From: Ignavibacteriales bacterium
Lineage (GTDB): Bacteria; Bacteroidota; Ignavibacteria; UBA10030; UBA6906
Length of the DNA: 64,000 nucleotides
Assembly: GCA_037441705.1 (NCBI GenBank)
Contig: JBBIRR010000008.1
Span: forward strand, 1-64,000
Direction of reading: 5' to 3'
Under the pieces are notes generated by a model that was not told where the DNA came from, did no database searches, and saw only the letters and a program-made list of their open reading frames with translations. Numbering within the stretch: position 1 is the stretch's first letter; each line of letters starts with the position of its first letter. A program made the translations under genes and the position numbers. Positions 8,308 to 19,483 of the stretch are shown here, piece after piece.

Positions 8308-11300
8308 ATGCCGAAACGTTCTTCTGCACAACCATCACCTGAGTTCCGTCCGAGCGCAGCCGCCGCTGTGGGGCATGAGAAGATTGTCATTCGCGGCGCA
8401 CGCGTGCACAATCTCAAGAACATTGATGCCGACATCCCCCGCGAAAAGCTTGTCGTCATTACCGGACTTTCCGGTTCGGGCAAGTCGAGCCTCGCGTTCG
8501 ACACGATCTATGCAGAAGGCCAGCGCCGCTACGTCGAAAGTCTCTCCGCCTACGCGCGTCAATTCCTCGATGTGATGGAACGCCCGGATGTGGATTACAT
8601 CGAAGGACTGAGTCCCGCCATCTCCATTGAGCAGAAAACCGTCAGCAACAACCCCCGCTCGACCGTCGGGACGGTGACGGAAATCTACGATTACCTCCGC
8701 CTGCTCTTTGCACGGGTCGGCACGCAGTACTGTTACAACTGCAATCGTCCTGTCACGAAGCAGACGACAGACCAGATAATCGAGAACATCATGAAGCTGC
8801 CGGAGGAGACGAAGGTGCAGATCCTTGCGCCCGTCGTGAAGGGAAGGAAAGGTCACTACCGTGAGTTGTTTGAAGAGATTGTGAAGGACGGCTTCTTGCG
8901 CGTTCGTGTTGATGGGGTGGTCAGAGAAATTACGAAGGGGATGCAGCTCGACCGTTACAAGGTGCACAACATCGAGATTGTTGTGGATCGGATTGTGGTC
9001 AAGAAGGAAGCGCGCTCGCGCATTGCCGATTCTGTAGAGGTGGCGCTGCGTTTCGGCAGCGGCGTGGTGATTGCCAGCGTCGAGCGAGCGCCGCAAGCCG
9101 CTGCGGCATCTTCATCCACCAAGAAGAACGGCGGCAAGAAGAAGGCGGCTCCGCAGCCTTCGCCGGCAAGTGAAGACATTCTCTTCAGCAAGCATCTTTC
9201 CTGTTCCTACTGCGGCATCAGCTACGAAGAGCCGGCCCCCAATTCGTTTTCGTTCAACTCGCCTTACGGCTCATGCCCGACATGCGACGGGCTGGGGGAA
9301 ATCAAGGAACTCGATCTCGACCTCATCATTCCTGATCCGTCGCTGACGCTGAACGAAGAAGGCCTCGCGCCGCTCGGCAAGCCGCGGCAAACGTGGGCGT
9401 GGAGTCAGATTCGCGCGGTGGCAAAGAAATACGGCTTCGATTTCGATACGCCCATCGGAAAGCTGTCAAAGAAAGTTCGGGACGTGCTGCTCTACGGCGC
9501 GGGCGACGAGAAATTCGATATCGAATACCGCTACCAGAACGGACGGACGGTCACCTACAAGCATCGTTTCAACGGCGTGCTGGACATGCTGAAGCACTAC
9601 TACGATGATGCAAGCTCCGCGAACATCCGCGAATGGGTGGAGTCGTACATGTCCACGAAACCATGTTCCTCCTGCGGCGGCGGCAGGCTGAAAAAGGAAA
9701 GTCTCGCGGTGAAATTGCAGGATGCAGCCACGAAGCAGACGTTCACTATCCGGGACGTCGTCTCGCTCACCATCGGCGAAGCCGCGGAGTTCTTCCGGAC
9801 GCTGAGGCTGACCGAGCGGCAGATGCTGATTGCCAATCAAATCCTCAAGGAGATTCGGCAACGTCTGGATTTTTTGTTGAATGTGGGATTGGATTATCTC
9901 ACGCTCGATCGCTCGGCGCGCACGCTTTCCGGCGGCGAGGGACAGCGCATCCGGCTTGCGACGCAAATCGGCTCGCAGCTTGTCGGTGTGCTGTACATCC
10001 TGGACGAACCGAGCATAGGGCTGCATCAGCGGGATAACATCAAACTGATCGCCTCGTTGAAGGCGCTCCGCGATCTCGGCAACACGGTGATTGTCGTCGA
10101 GCATGACAAGGAGATGATCGAGAACGCCGATTTCGTCCTCGACCTCGGTCCCGGTGCAGGCGAACACGGCGGGTATGTCGTCACCGCCGGCCCGCCGACG
10201 AAGTTGGAGCTGCGCAACGATACGATCCGTTCGAACGGTAACAGCGTGTTCGACTCGGTGTCGTACACCGCGCATTACCTTTTTGGGAAGAGAAAGATTG
10301 AAGTTCCGCCAACGCGTCGTCAGGGCAACGGCAAATACATCACGCTGGAAGGTGCCAGCGGCAACAACCTCCGGAATGTCACACTTCGTATTCCCCTCGG
10401 CACGTTCATCTGCGTCACAGGTGTCAGCGGTTCGGGCAAGTCATCGCTCATCACCGAAACGCTCTATCCGATTCTTGCCCGGAAGTTTTATCAGGCCAAA
10501 CTCGTTCCTCTTCCTTACAAAAAGATCGACGGCATGAAGAACATCGACAAGGTGATTGACATTGACCAATCGCCCATCGGTCGCACGCCGCGCTCGAATC
10601 CTGCCACGTACACCGGCACCTTCACGCTGATCCGTGATTTGTTCGCGCACCTGCCGGAGGCGAAGATCCGCGGCTACAAACCCGGTCGCTTCAGCTTCAA
10701 CGTTGTCGGCGGCAGATGCGAGAACTGCGAAGGAGACGGTGTCAGGAAGATCGAGATGAACTTCCTGCCCGATGTGTACGTGCTGTGCGACGTGTGCCAC
10801 GGCAAGCGCTACAATCGCGAGACGCTGCAGGTGTTGTACAAGGGCAAGTCCATTGCCGATGTGCTGGACATGACGGTTTCTGAGGCGGTGGAGTTTTTCA
10901 GCGAGATCCCGGGCTTGCAGCGCAAGCTCTCGACGCTGAACGATGTAGGACTCGGCTACATTCGACTCGGCCAGCAGGCAACGACGCTGAGCGGCGGTGA
11001 GGCGCAGCGCGTGAAGCTCTCCACCGAACTATCGAAGATCGGCACCGGCAATACGCTCTACATCCTCGACGAGCCGACAACGGGATTGCACTTCGAAGAT
11101 ATCCGCATGCTGCTGAGCGTCCTGAACCGTCTGGTGGAGAAGGGCAACACCGTTATCGTCATCGAACATAACCTCGATGTGATCAAGACTGCGGACTGGG
11201 TGGTTGACCTCGGTCCGGGCGGCGGCAAAGCCGGCGGCGAGATTGTTGCCGAAGGAACGCCGGAAGATGTTGCCCGCGCGAAGAACTCCGTGACGGGGGA

Positions 11301-11331
11301 GTTTTTGAGAGAGGCGTTGGGGATAGGGTGA
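8308..11331 (+). CDS. uvrA: excinuclease ABC subunit A
   Basis: [29 protein letters not shown], zinc-finger Cys pairs, second [17 protein letters not shown]. Confidence 0.98.
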   Translation: MPKRSSAQPSPEFRPSAAAAVGHEKIVIRGARVHNLKNIDADIPREKLVVITGLSGSGKSSLAFDTIYAEGQRRYVESLSAYARQFLDVMERPDVDYIEGLSPAISIEQKTVSNNPRSTVGTVTEIYDYLRLLFARVGTQYCYNCNRPVTKQTTDQIIENIMKLPEETKVQILAPVVKGRKGHYRELFEEIVKDGFLRVRVDGVVREITKGMQLDRYKVHNIEIVVDRIVVKKEARSRIADSVEVALRFGSGVVIASVERAPQAAAASSSTKKNGGKKKAAPQPSPASEDILFSKHLSCSYCGISYEEPAPNSFSFNSPYGSCPTCDGLGEIKELDLDLIIPDPSLTLNEEGLAPLGKPRQTWAWSQIRAVAKKYGFDFDTPIGKLSKKVRDVLLYGAGDEKFDIEYRYQNGRTVTYKHRFNGVLDMLKHYYDDASSANIREWVESYMSTKPCSSCGGGRLKKESLAVKLQDAATKQTFTIRDVVSLTIGEAAEFFRTLRLTERQMLIANQILKEIRQRLDFLLNVGLDYLTLDRSARTLSGGEGQRIRLATQIGSQLVGVLYILDEPSIGLHQRDNIKLIASLKALRDLGNTVIVVEHDKEMIENADFVLDLGPGAGEHGGYVVTAGPPTKLELRNDTIRSNGNSVFDSVSYTAHYLFGKRKIEVPPTRRQGNGKYITLEGASGNNLRNVTLRIPLGTFICVTGVSGSGKSSLITETLYPILARKFYQAKLVPLPYKKIDGMKNIDKVIDIDQSPIGRTPRSNPATYTGTFTLIRDLFAHLPEAKIRGYKPGRFSFNVVGGRCENCEGDGVRKIEMNFLPDVYVLCDVCHGKRYNRETLQVLYKGKSIADVLDMTVSEAVEFFSEIPGLQRKLSTLNDVGLGYIRLGQQATTLSGGEAQRVKLSTELSKIGTGNTLYILDEPTTGLHFEDIRMLLSVLNRLVEKGNTVIVIEHNLDVIKTADWVVDLGPGGGKAGGEIVAEGTPEDVARAKNSVTGEFLREALGIG

Positions 11332-11437
11332 GTGAAGAAAAATCCTACGCGTGCACGTCCCGACGGAAGAGTAGTCCCCACAAGCTCGCATAGGTTTTCT
11401 TCTTTCGTGTTCTCTTTGCTGAGCCAATCGCCTTTCC

Positions 11438-11466
11438 TTGACTTTCGTTGGGAATTCCGTTAGATT
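11438..11466 (+). promoter_or_regulatory. sigma70 promoter of the uppS-bamA-lpx operon
   Basis: TTGACT-N17-TAGATT. Confidence 0.65.
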
Positions 11467-11523
11467 TTTGTGCCAATTCTATGTAGTTGGCATTTACTTT
11501 TTGCGATAGGGAGATTCCAACCT

Positions 11524-12366
11524 TTGGCTCAGGGTCCTCAGCAAGCGACGGGTGAAGACAAGAAACTGCAGGATGCGTTGCGAAGCAGCGGAGAAATCCC
11601 GCAGCACATCGCCATTATCATGGATGGGAACGGACGCTGGGCAAAACGCCGGGGCTTGCCGCGCATCGCGGGACATAACGAAGGCGTTGAATCCGTGCGC
11701 GACACGGTGGAGGCCTGCGGCCAGCTCGGTGTGAAGTATCTCACGCTGTACGCTTTCTCCACCGAGAACTGGAAGCGCCCCGAGGAGGAAGTCTCCCTGC
11801 TGATGCGCCTTCTGCTGCGGGCGCTCAAAGACGAAACGGATCGTCTGCACCAGAACAACGTGCGCATTCAGGCCATCGGCGACATCGCGAGGCTGCCGCA
11901 GGAAGTGCAGAACGAGCTCTTCGACGACATTGCACGGACGAAGAACAACACAGGTCTCACACTCATTCTTGCGTTGAGTTACAGCGGGCGATGGGACATT
12001 ACACAAGCCGTCAAACGCATTGCTTGTGAGATGCAGGAGGGGAAACTTTCTCCGGAACACATCACCGAACAGCTGGTCGGCTCGTATCTCTCCACCGGCA
12101 CCATTCCCGATCCCGATTTGCTGATACGCACCAGCGGCGAGTTCCGCATCAGCAACTTCCTTCTGTGGCAGCTTGCGTACACCGAGATGTACATTACCAC
12201 CAGACTGTGGCCCAGCTTCCGTCGCGATGAACTCTATGAGGCCATCCGCAGTTATCAAAAGCGAGAGCGGCGCTTCGGCATGGTCAGCGAACAAGTCCAG
12301 ACCGCACGCGGGTCCGTTCGAGAAGGCTATGTTAACCGACTCCTCAAGAGTGTTTCAGGACCGTAA
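11524..12366 (+). CDS. uppS: undecaprenyl diphosphate synthase (isoprenyl transferase)
   Basis: HIAIIMDGNGRWA, YAFSTENWKRP, LLIRTSGEFRISNFLLWQ; TTG start after GGGAG. Confidence 0.95.
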   Translation: MAQGPQQATGEDKKLQDALRSSGEIPQHIAIIMDGNGRWAKRRGLPRIAGHNEGVESVRDTVEACGQLGVKYLTLYAFSTENWKRPEEEVSLLMRLLLRALKDETDRLHQNNVRIQAIGDIARLPQEVQNELFDDIARTKNNTGLTLILALSYSGRWDITQAVKRIACEMQEGKLSPEHITEQLVGSYLSTGTIPDPDLLIRTSGEFRISNFLLWQLAYTEMYITTRLWPSFRRDELYEAIRSYQKRERRFGMVSEQVQTARGSVREGYVNRLLKSVSGP

Positions 12367-12367
12367 C

Positions 12368-14749
12368 ATGAAGCAGAGCGTGTTGCTGTTGGCCGCAGCG
12401 GCGATTGCCTTGGTCGTTTCACCATCCCATCTTTTCGCACAGCGTTCCTCCCAAGAAGTTTACAAGATCCTCGGCATCTCGGTTGAAGGCAACTCCCTTG
12501 CCGAAGCCTCTGCCATCATTGCCAACTCGGGTTTGAAGATTGGCGAAGAGATCGCCGTTCCCTCCGATCGGGCGGCGGAGGCGATTCGCAGCCTCTGGAG
12601 ACTCAAGATCTTCTCCGATGTGCAGCTTGCCATTGATCGCAGAGTGGGAGACGGCGTGTATCTTGTCATCAAAGTGCGGGAACTGCCGCGCTATGAATCC
12701 ACCATCGTGACCGGCAACGATGAGATCGACACCGATGACATCATGAAAAAAGTCCCGTTCGTTCGAGGGCAGGTTGTCTCGCCGCAAGATCTCGTCAGGA
12801 TACACAAGGAAATCAAGAAGCTCTATGAGGCCGAAGGGCACCTGCTGGCTGATGTCAAGGTGAGCACTGAACAGGCGGATACGAACACGCGCCGCGTGAA
12901 CGTTCATATCGCCATCGACGAGGGGCCGTCGGTGAAGGTCCGCAATATTTACTTCTCCGGCAACAAGGCTTTCGATGAGGGAGATTTGAAGGGCGCCATG
13001 AAGGAGATCTCCGAGGCCCGATGGTGGAAGATCTTTTCTTCTCACAAGTTCGATCGGAAGAAGTATGAGGAGGACAAGAAACTCATCCTCCAGTTCTACC
13101 GAAAGAACGGCTACCGTGACGCCGCGATTCTCGGCGACTCCATCTGGTACAGTGCCGACAAGCGCGATATGAATATCCTCATCAACGTGTATGAAGGCCC
13201 GCAGTACAAGATCCGCAACATCACCTGGGAAGGAAACACGGTCTATTCCGATACGGTGCTGAACGAGCAGCTGGGCATGAAGACGGGGGACATTTACAAT
13301 CAGGAAAAGTTCGAGCAGAATCTGCGCGGCAACGAGTCGCAGACCGATGTGGCCTCGCTGTACCTGGACAACGGCTACCTGACATTCAACTTAGAGCCTG
13401 AGGAAACACGCGTTGCCGAGGACAGCGTCGATATTCGCATCAAGGTGTACGAGCGGAACAAATTCGTTATCGGTCAGGTCAACATCAAAGGCAACACCAA
13501 GACGTACGACAAGGTGATCCGCCGCGAGCTGTACACACGTCCGGGAGATTACTTCAGTCGCGCGGCCATCGTCCGCAGTATCCGTCAACTCTCCGTTCTC
13601 AATTATTTCAATCCCGAAAAGATCAAGCCGGACTACGTGCTCTCGCCCGACGGCAAGACGGTTGATCTGACCTACGAGGTGGAGGAAAAATCCAGCGACA
13701 ACATCAACGCGTCGGTGGGCTACAGCGGCGCGTACGGCGTAACGGGGGCCATCGGATTCACCATCAACAACTTTTCGATCACCGAGCCGCTTTCGGGCGG
13801 GGCAGGGCAGGTGCTGAACTTCGAGTGGCAGTTTGGTGAGGGCGCGCGCTTCCGGACGTTCACGCTCGGCTTCACGGAACCGTGGCTGTTCGACACCCCG
13901 ACGCTGTTGGGGGTGAACCTGTTCGACACGCGCTATCGCTATCCGTACGATTTGCAACAGACGGGAGGGTCGGTGCGGATCGGGCGGCGCTTCCGCTGGC
14001 CCGACGACTATTTCCGCGGCGACTGGATTCTGACGGCACAGCGCAGCGACGTCATCAACGGTCTCGGCGTGTATCCGGAAGGCGTCTCCAGTCAGGTGAG
14101 CATCACGCAGATCATTTCGCGCAACAGTATTGATAATCCGGTGTTTCCCGTCAGCGGGTCGAACGTTGCGCTTTCGATCGAAATTGCCGGCGGTCCCGTG
14201 CTGCCCGGCTCGATTGACTTTCACAAGTGGAAGTTCGATTCGGAATGGTATCTGCGGCTCTTCAACAGTAACCGTATTGCGCTCTACCTGAACTCGTCGT
14301 TCGGATTTATTTCAACGTTCGATCCCGCAAAGTTGAAGGACATTCCCGGCATCGACCGGTTCTTTATGGGAGGGACGGGTGTAGGCTATTTTTCTACCAC
14401 GCCTCTGCGCGGCTATGAGGATCAATCCGTCGGGCCGCAGAGTGCGGGCGGTAGTTTCATCGGAGGCCGGGCCATGACGCGCCAGACGGCCGAGCTTCGT
14501 CTTGCGCTGGCCATCAACCCTATTCCCATCTATATCCTGGGATTTGTTGAGGGAGGGAATGTGTGGGAGTCGCTGAAGAACGCAGACTTCGGCGATCTGA
14601 AACGTTCGGCGGGATTCGGCGCCCGCCTGCAGATCAATCCCATCGGCTTGATCGGGTTCGATTACGGCTTCGGCTTCGACGATGTGTTTCCGCGGGACGG
14701 CCAGCCCGACGGCTGGCGCTTCCACTTCGTGTTCGGACGCGGCTTCTGA
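12368..14749 (+). CDS. bamA: outer membrane protein assembly factor BamA
   Basis: Signal peptide, POTRA repeats, GNTKTYDKVIRREL, LRGY loop, C-terminal Phe. Confidence 0.95.
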   Translation: MKQSVLLLAAAAIALVVSPSHLFAQRSSQEVYKILGISVEGNSLAEASAIIANSGLKIGEEIAVPSDRAAEAIRSLWRLKIFSDVQLAIDRRVGDGVYLVIKVRELPRYESTIVTGNDEIDTDDIMKKVPFVRGQVVSPQDLVRIHKEIKKLYEAEGHLLADVKVSTEQADTNTRRVNVHIAIDEGPSVKVRNIYFSGNKAFDEGDLKGAMKEISEARWWKIFSSHKFDRKKYEEDKKLILQFYRKNGYRDAAILGDSIWYSADKRDMNILINVYEGPQYKIRNITWEGNTVYSDTVLNEQLGMKTGDIYNQEKFEQNLRGNESQTDVASLYLDNGYLTFNLEPEETRVAEDSVDIRIKVYERNKFVIGQVNIKGNTKTYDKVIRRELYTRPGDYFSRAAIVRSIRQLSVLNYFNPEKIKPDYVLSPDGKTVDLTYEVEEKSSDNINASVGYSGAYGVTGAIGFTINNFSITEPLSGGAGQVLNFEWQFGEGARFRTFTLGFTEPWLFDTPTLLGVNLFDTRYRYPYDLQQTGGSVRIGRRFRWPDDYFRGDWILTAQRSDVINGLGVYPEGVSSQVSITQIISRNSIDNPVFPVSGSNVALSIEIAGGPVLPGSIDFHKWKFDSEWYLRLFNSNRIALYLNSSFGFISTFDPAKLKDIPGIDRFFMGGTGVGYFSTTPLRGYEDQSVGPQSAGGSFIGGRAMTRQTAELRLALAINPIPIYILGFVEGGNVWESLKNADFGDLKRSAGFGARLQINPIGLIGFDYGFGFDDVFPRDGQPDGWRFHFVFGRGF

Positions 14750-14803
14750 CGCGCGCCGCCGCGAGTTCATTCATATCTATCCACTATTCAGATCGAGGTT
14801 ACC

Positions 14804-15331
14804 GTGAACAAATTGCCTATCGTTCTTGGTGTCATGATCATGCTTGCCTGGAGTGTCACGGCATCTGCTCAGCAGAAGATCGGCTTTGTGAATTCCAGCA
14901 AGATTTTTGCCGAGCTGCCTGAAGCCAAAGAGGCGAAGCAGAAGCTCGAGGCGCTTGCCAAGCCCATTCAGGATGAGATCGAAAAGCGTGAGAAGGCAAT
15001 CCAGGACAAGCTGGACGAGTACAAGAAGAAAGAGGCGTTGATGAACGAGGCCGCCAAGCGCGCTGCGCAGCAGGAAATCTACGACATGGATCAGAAACTG
15101 CGCGAGTATAAGTTGGAAAAACTCGGCAGCGACGGCGAGTTGGCAAAGCAGCAGGAGAAAATCCTCAATCCGATCAAAGAAAAAATCCTGAAGGCCATCG
15201 AGCGAATCGCAAAGGAGTTGAAGTACTCGTTCGTGTTCGATCAGACGGAAACGATCCCCGTCCTCCTCTACGGCGAGCCTGCGTCCGATTTGACGTTCAA
15301 GGTGATCGACAGACTGAAAACCGGTAAATAA
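14804..15331 (+). CDS. skp: OmpH/Skp chaperone
   Basis: Signal peptide, KIGFVN, long helical body, DLT..V end. Confidence 0.9.
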   Translation: MNKLPIVLGVMIMLAWSVTASAQQKIGFVNSSKIFAELPEAKEAKQKLEALAKPIQDEIEKREKAIQDKLDEYKKKEALMNEAAKRAAQQEIYDMDQKLREYKLEKLGSDGELAKQQEKILNPIKEKILKAIERIAKELKYSFVFDQTETIPVLLYGEPASDLTFKVIDRLKTGK

Positions 15332-15366
15332 CTCACAGCGAACTGACACTGATCGGAGAAGAGGCG

Positions 15367-15885
15367 ATGAAACGACTTGCAGCGGTTCTGTGCTTCGCGT
15401 TGCTGGCGAGCGCCGGCATGGCGCAGATGAAGATCGGCCATATCACATCGGAGACGATCATGAAAACGCTCCCCGAAGCCGTCGATGCCCAACGCACGCT
15501 CGACGCATTGGTGACGCAGTGGGAGAACGAATTGAAGAAGATGCAGGACGAGTGGAAGAAGAAGTTCGAGGACTACGACCGGCGCAAGCTTATCCTCACC
15601 GACCAATCGCGGGCCGAAGCCGAGCGCGAACTGCGCACACTCGACCAGGCGATCACCGATTTTCGCAACCGAAAATTCGGCCAGAACGGCGAGCTGTATC
15701 AGAAGCAAAACGAGGTGATGAAGCCGATTCAGAACAAGATGTTCAAAGTACTGGAGGAAATTGCCAAAGAGGACGGCTACGATTATGTGTTCGATCGCAG
15801 CGGCGAGATTCTCCTCCTGTATGCAAACGAGAAGCACGACCTGACCGAACGCGTTCTCACCAGAATGCAATCGTTCGGCAAATAA
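15367..15885 (+). CDS. skp: OmpH/Skp chaperone (paralog)
   Basis: KIGHI, FGQNGEL, GYDYVFD, HDLTERV. Confidence 0.9.
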   Translation: MKRLAAVLCFALLASAGMAQMKIGHITSETIMKTLPEAVDAQRTLDALVTQWENELKKMQDEWKKKFEDYDRRKLILTDQSRAEAERELRTLDQAITDFRNRKFGQNGELYQKQNEVMKPIQNKMFKVLEEIAKEDGYDYVFDRSGEILLLYANEKHDLTERVLTRMQSFGK

Positions 15886-15896
15886 GAGGATCGTTC

Positions 15897-16955
15897 ATGA
15901 AGCTCCGTGATGTTGCTGCGATGCTGAACGCGGAGATCGAAGGCAGCGATGAGGCGGAAATCCGAGACGTCGCCAAGATCGAGGAAGCGCGGGAGGGAGA
16001 GCTTGCCTTCGTTGCCAACCCGAGGTATCAAAAATTTCTGGAGACGACACATGCCTCGGCGGTGATCGTTGCAAAGGATCTCACGGTTGGTGCAGGGCCG
16101 AAACCCACATTGCTGCGCGTGAAAGATCCGTACCTTGCCTTTCTGAAAATGCTCCAGCATTTTCATCCGCCGGGCGATCCTCTTCCGCCCGGCATTCATC
16201 CCACGGCAGTCATTGCAGAAAGCGCGGTGATCGGTGCGAACGTTCGCATCGGTGCCCACGTCGTTATCGGCGATCGCGCGCGTGTCGGCGACGGAACGAT
16301 GCTGCTGCACAACACCGTGTTGGGCGAGCAGGTGACGGTGGGCAGCAACACGATCCTCTACCCGAATGTGACGGTGTATGCGGGCTGTCGCATCGGCTCG
16401 CGGGTGATCATTCATTCGGGCACGGTGATCGGCAGCGATGGCTTCGGATTTGCGCCGCGACCGGACGGTACGTACGAGAAGATCCCGCAAATGGGGATTG
16501 TCGTGATCGAAGATGATGTGGAGATCGGCGCGAATTGCGCGGTGGATCGCGCGACGCTGGGCGAGACGCGCATCAAGCGCGGGGTTAAGCTGGATAATCT
16601 GATTCAGGTTGCCCACAACGTGGTCATCGGCGAGAACACGGTGAGCGCCGCGCAGGCCGGCATCTCCGGCAGCACGAAGATCGGAAAGAACTGCATGATC
16701 GGCGGGCAGGTAGGCTTTACGGGCCATCTCGAAATTGCCGACGGCACGAAGATCGGCGCGCAGTCCGGCGTGCACCGCTCCATCCACAAGCCGGGCAACA
16801 CGTACTTCGGGTATCCCGCGTTTCCGCAGCGCGAAGCCTTTCGCATTCAAGGTGCGATCACCCAACTTCCCGACCTCCTCACCACCGTGCGTGAACTCCA
16901 GAAGAGGGTGGAGATTCTCGAGGCTGCGCTGAAGCAGAAGCAGGAAGAAACGTAG
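15897..16955 (+). CDS. lpxD: UDP-3-O-acylglucosamine N-acyltransferase
   Basis: Hexapeptide repeats, IGSDGFGF, KLDNLIQVAHNV. Confidence 0.96.
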   Translation: MKLRDVAAMLNAEIEGSDEAEIRDVAKIEEAREGELAFVANPRYQKFLETTHASAVIVAKDLTVGAGPKPTLLRVKDPYLAFLKMLQHFHPPGDPLPPGIHPTAVIAESAVIGANVRIGAHVVIGDRARVGDGTMLLHNTVLGEQVTVGSNTILYPNVTVYAGCRIGSRVIIHSGTVIGSDGFGFAPRPDGTYEKIPQMGIVVIEDDVEIGANCAVDRATLGETRIKRGVKLDNLIQVAHNVVIGENTVSAAQAGISGSTKIGKNCMIGGQVGFTGHLEIADGTKIGAQSGVHRSIHKPGNTYFGYPAFPQREAFRIQGAITQLPDLLTTVRELQKRVEILEAALKQKQEET

Positions 16956-17063
16956 CGACACACGCCGAGCGTGCTGCCATCGGGTCAGGTTGGGTTTTCC
17001 AAGAGAAGCTCGCAGCACTTTCCTCTTCCTCCGCATCTTCGTATCTTGATTCAGCAACGAGTC

Positions 17064-17105
17064 TATATCCTATATCCAAAATCCAAAATCCTGAATCCAG
17101 AATCC
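17064..17105 (+). repeat. six degenerate tandem heptamers (nnnATCC)
   Basis: TATATCC TATATCC AAAATCC AAAATCC TGAATCC AGAATCC. Confidence 0.8.
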
Positions 17106-17153
17106 AAACTCTTCCGCCATCATTCTGCGCCAAACATAATTGAGGGTACGTTT

Positions 17154-18623
17154 ATGCTTGTCCAACAACGGACGATAAAACAGCCGGTCTCGATGAGCGG
17201 CGTTGGGCTGCACACGGGCAGCATTTGTACGATGACGTTTCGGCCTGCGCCCGAGAACTTCGGCATTCGCTTCCGCCGGATGGATTTGGGCGGAACACCG
17301 GAGGTGCCTGCCCTCGTTGATCACGTCGTTGATATCTCCCGCGGCACCACCATTGCCATCGGCGAAGCGCGCGTGCACACCGTGGAGCACGTCATGGCGG
17401 CGCTGGTGGGTTTGCAGATTGACAACTGCCTGATCGAGCTGGATGCAAACGAGCCTCCCGTAGGCGACGGCAGCGCAAAGCCGTACGTGGATTTGTTGCT
17501 GCAGGCAGGATTCGAAAAGCAGGATGCCCCGAAGGATTATCTGATCATTGACCAGCCGGTGGAGTATCACAACGAGGCAAAGGGTGTGGACATCGTTGCC
17601 CTGCCGACCGACGACTATCGCATCACGGTGATGGTGGATTACCACAATCCCGCGCTCGGCAGTCAGCACAGCGGGCTGTTCAATCTGGAAAAGGAATTCA
17701 TCACCGAGTTCGCGCCGTGCCGCACGTTTTGCTTTCTGCATGAGGTGGAGATGTTGCACAGTCAGGGCCTGATCAAGGGAGGTAATCTGGACAACGCCAT
17801 CGTTATCGTTGATCATGACCTGAGTCCCGAGGAGATCAAGCGCATCAGCGAGAAACTCGGTATCAAGGGTTCGGTGTTTCTGGGGACGAGCGGCGTGCTG
17901 AACAACAAGAAGCTGCACTTCAAGAATGAACCCGCACGGCATAAGCTCCTCGATCTCATGGGCGACCTTGCGCTCATCGGCGTCCCGTTCAAGGCGCAGA
18001 TCCTTGCGGCGCGGCCCGGCCACGCCAGCAACATCGAGTTTGCCCGCATCATCCGAAAGCTGTATCAACAGAAGAAACTTGTCAAGAGATTTCAACACGA
18101 GCGGAAAGAAGGCGTCATCTTCGACATTAACGCGATCAAGAAAATCCTTCCCCATCGCTATCCGTTCCTTTTGGTCGACAAGATCATCGAGTTCAAAATG
18201 GATGAACGGATTGTGGGGGTGAAGAACGTGACCGCCAACGAACCGTTCTTCGAGGGCCACTTCCCGGGCCAGCCTGTTATGCCCGGCGTGCTCATCATCG
18301 AAGCAATGGCGCAAACCGGCGGCATTCTCTTGCTCAACGGCATCGAGAATCCCGGTGACAAGCTTGTGTACTTCATGGCGATCAACAACGCAAAGTTCCG
18401 CAAGCCGGTGATGCCCGGCGATCAACTCACGTTCGAGCTGACGATGACCAGCCGCAAGAGTCGGATCTGTCAGATGACCGGCAAGGCGTACGTGGACGGA
18501 ACGCTGGTGGCCGAGGCGGAGATGATGGCGTCGATCGTTGATCGACTCGACAAATCAGGCTCGGGCAACGGCAGCGGGGCGACGGTGAATGCGCCGCCGG
18601 AATCGAAACCGGCTCTGAACTGA
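17154..18623 (+). CDS. lpxC-fabZ: bifunctional LpxC/FabZ
   Basis: QRTI..GVGLHTG, TVEHVMAAL, RHKLLDLMGDL, then LPHRYPFLLVD, GHFP..PVMPGVLIIEAMAQ. Confidence 0.96.
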   Translation: MLVQQRTIKQPVSMSGVGLHTGSICTMTFRPAPENFGIRFRRMDLGGTPEVPALVDHVVDISRGTTIAIGEARVHTVEHVMAALVGLQIDNCLIELDANEPPVGDGSAKPYVDLLLQAGFEKQDAPKDYLIIDQPVEYHNEAKGVDIVALPTDDYRITVMVDYHNPALGSQHSGLFNLEKEFITEFAPCRTFCFLHEVEMLHSQGLIKGGNLDNAIVIVDHDLSPEEIKRISEKLGIKGSVFLGTSGVLNNKKLHFKNEPARHKLLDLMGDLALIGVPFKAQILAARPGHASNIEFARIIRKLYQQKKLVKRFQHERKEGVIFDINAIKKILPHRYPFLLVDKIIEFKMDERIVGVKNVTANEPFFEGHFPGQPVMPGVLIIEAMAQTGGILLLNGIENPGDKLVYFMAINNAKFRKPVMPGDQLTFELTMTSRKSRICQMTGKAYVDGTLVAEAEMMASIVDRLDKSGSGNGSGATVNAPPESKPALN

Positions 18624-18663
18624 TTCCTTTTCTTGCCACCATCTCTGAGCGATCCGGAACTCC

Positions 18664-19479
18664 ATGGCAACATACATCGATCCTCGCGCCGACGTCAGTC
18701 CCCACGCAGAATTAGGCGACAATGTTCGCATCGGCCCGTTTAGCGTCGTGGAGGCCGGTGCGGTGATCGGCGACGGAACGATGGTTGCCGCCAATGCGCT
18801 AATTGCTCGCGGCGCGCGTATCGGCAAAGACTGTCAGATTCATCACGGGGCGATCGTCGGGCACGTGCCGCAAGACCTGAAGTATCGTGATGAACCTACG
18901 ACGTGTGAGATTGGCGACCGAACCGTTGTGCGGGAGTACGCCACGCTCCACCGCGGCACGGGGGAGACGGGCCGCACGATCATCGGCAGCGACAATCTGT
19001 TGATGGGCTACGTTCACATCGCGCATGACTGTGTGCTGGGCAATCACATCATCATGTCCAACGCCGCCATGCTTGCCGGTCATGTACACGTTGATGATTA
19101 TGCCGTCATCGGCGGCATTACGCCCGTGCATCAGTTTGTGCGTATCGGTGCGCACGTCATGATCGGCGGCGGCTTGCGCGTCCCGAAGGACGTGCCTCCG
19201 TATGTCCGCGCGGCCGGTGAGCCGCTGGTGTTTGCTGGACTGAATTCCATAGGACTTCGTCGTCGAGGATTCTCGCGCGAGACGATCGAGGCGTTGGATA
19301 GAGCGTACACGATCCTCTATAATTCCAACCTCAACGTCTCCCAGGCGGTGGCCCGGATTCGGGAGGACGCCTCGCTGATGCAGGTTGCCGAGGTTCGGTA
19401 TGTGGTGGAGTTTATCGTCGCAAGCAAACGCGGCATCATCAGCCGGCAGCGGAACGGCCAGAAAGGACGGGACGAGTAG
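18664..19479 (+). CDS. lpxA: UDP-GlcNAc acyltransferase
   Basis: PQDLKY, REYATLHRGT, HIAHDC, GLNSIGLRRRGF. Confidence 0.96.
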   Translation: MATYIDPRADVSPHAELGDNVRIGPFSVVEAGAVIGDGTMVAANALIARGARIGKDCQIHHGAIVGHVPQDLKYRDEPTTCEIGDRTVVREYATLHRGTGETGRTIIGSDNLLMGYVHIAHDCVLGNHIIMSNAAMLAGHVHVDDYAVIGGITPVHQFVRIGAHVMIGGGLRVPKDVPPYVRAAGEPLVFAGLNSIGLRRRGFSRETIEALDRAYTILYNSNLNVSQAVARIREDASLMQVAEVRYVVEFIVASKRGIISRQRNGQKGRDE

Positions 19480-19483
19480 TGCA

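Noticed and set aside
17064-17105. CRISPR array
   Set aside because: 7-nt tandem units without spacers, and no cas genes.
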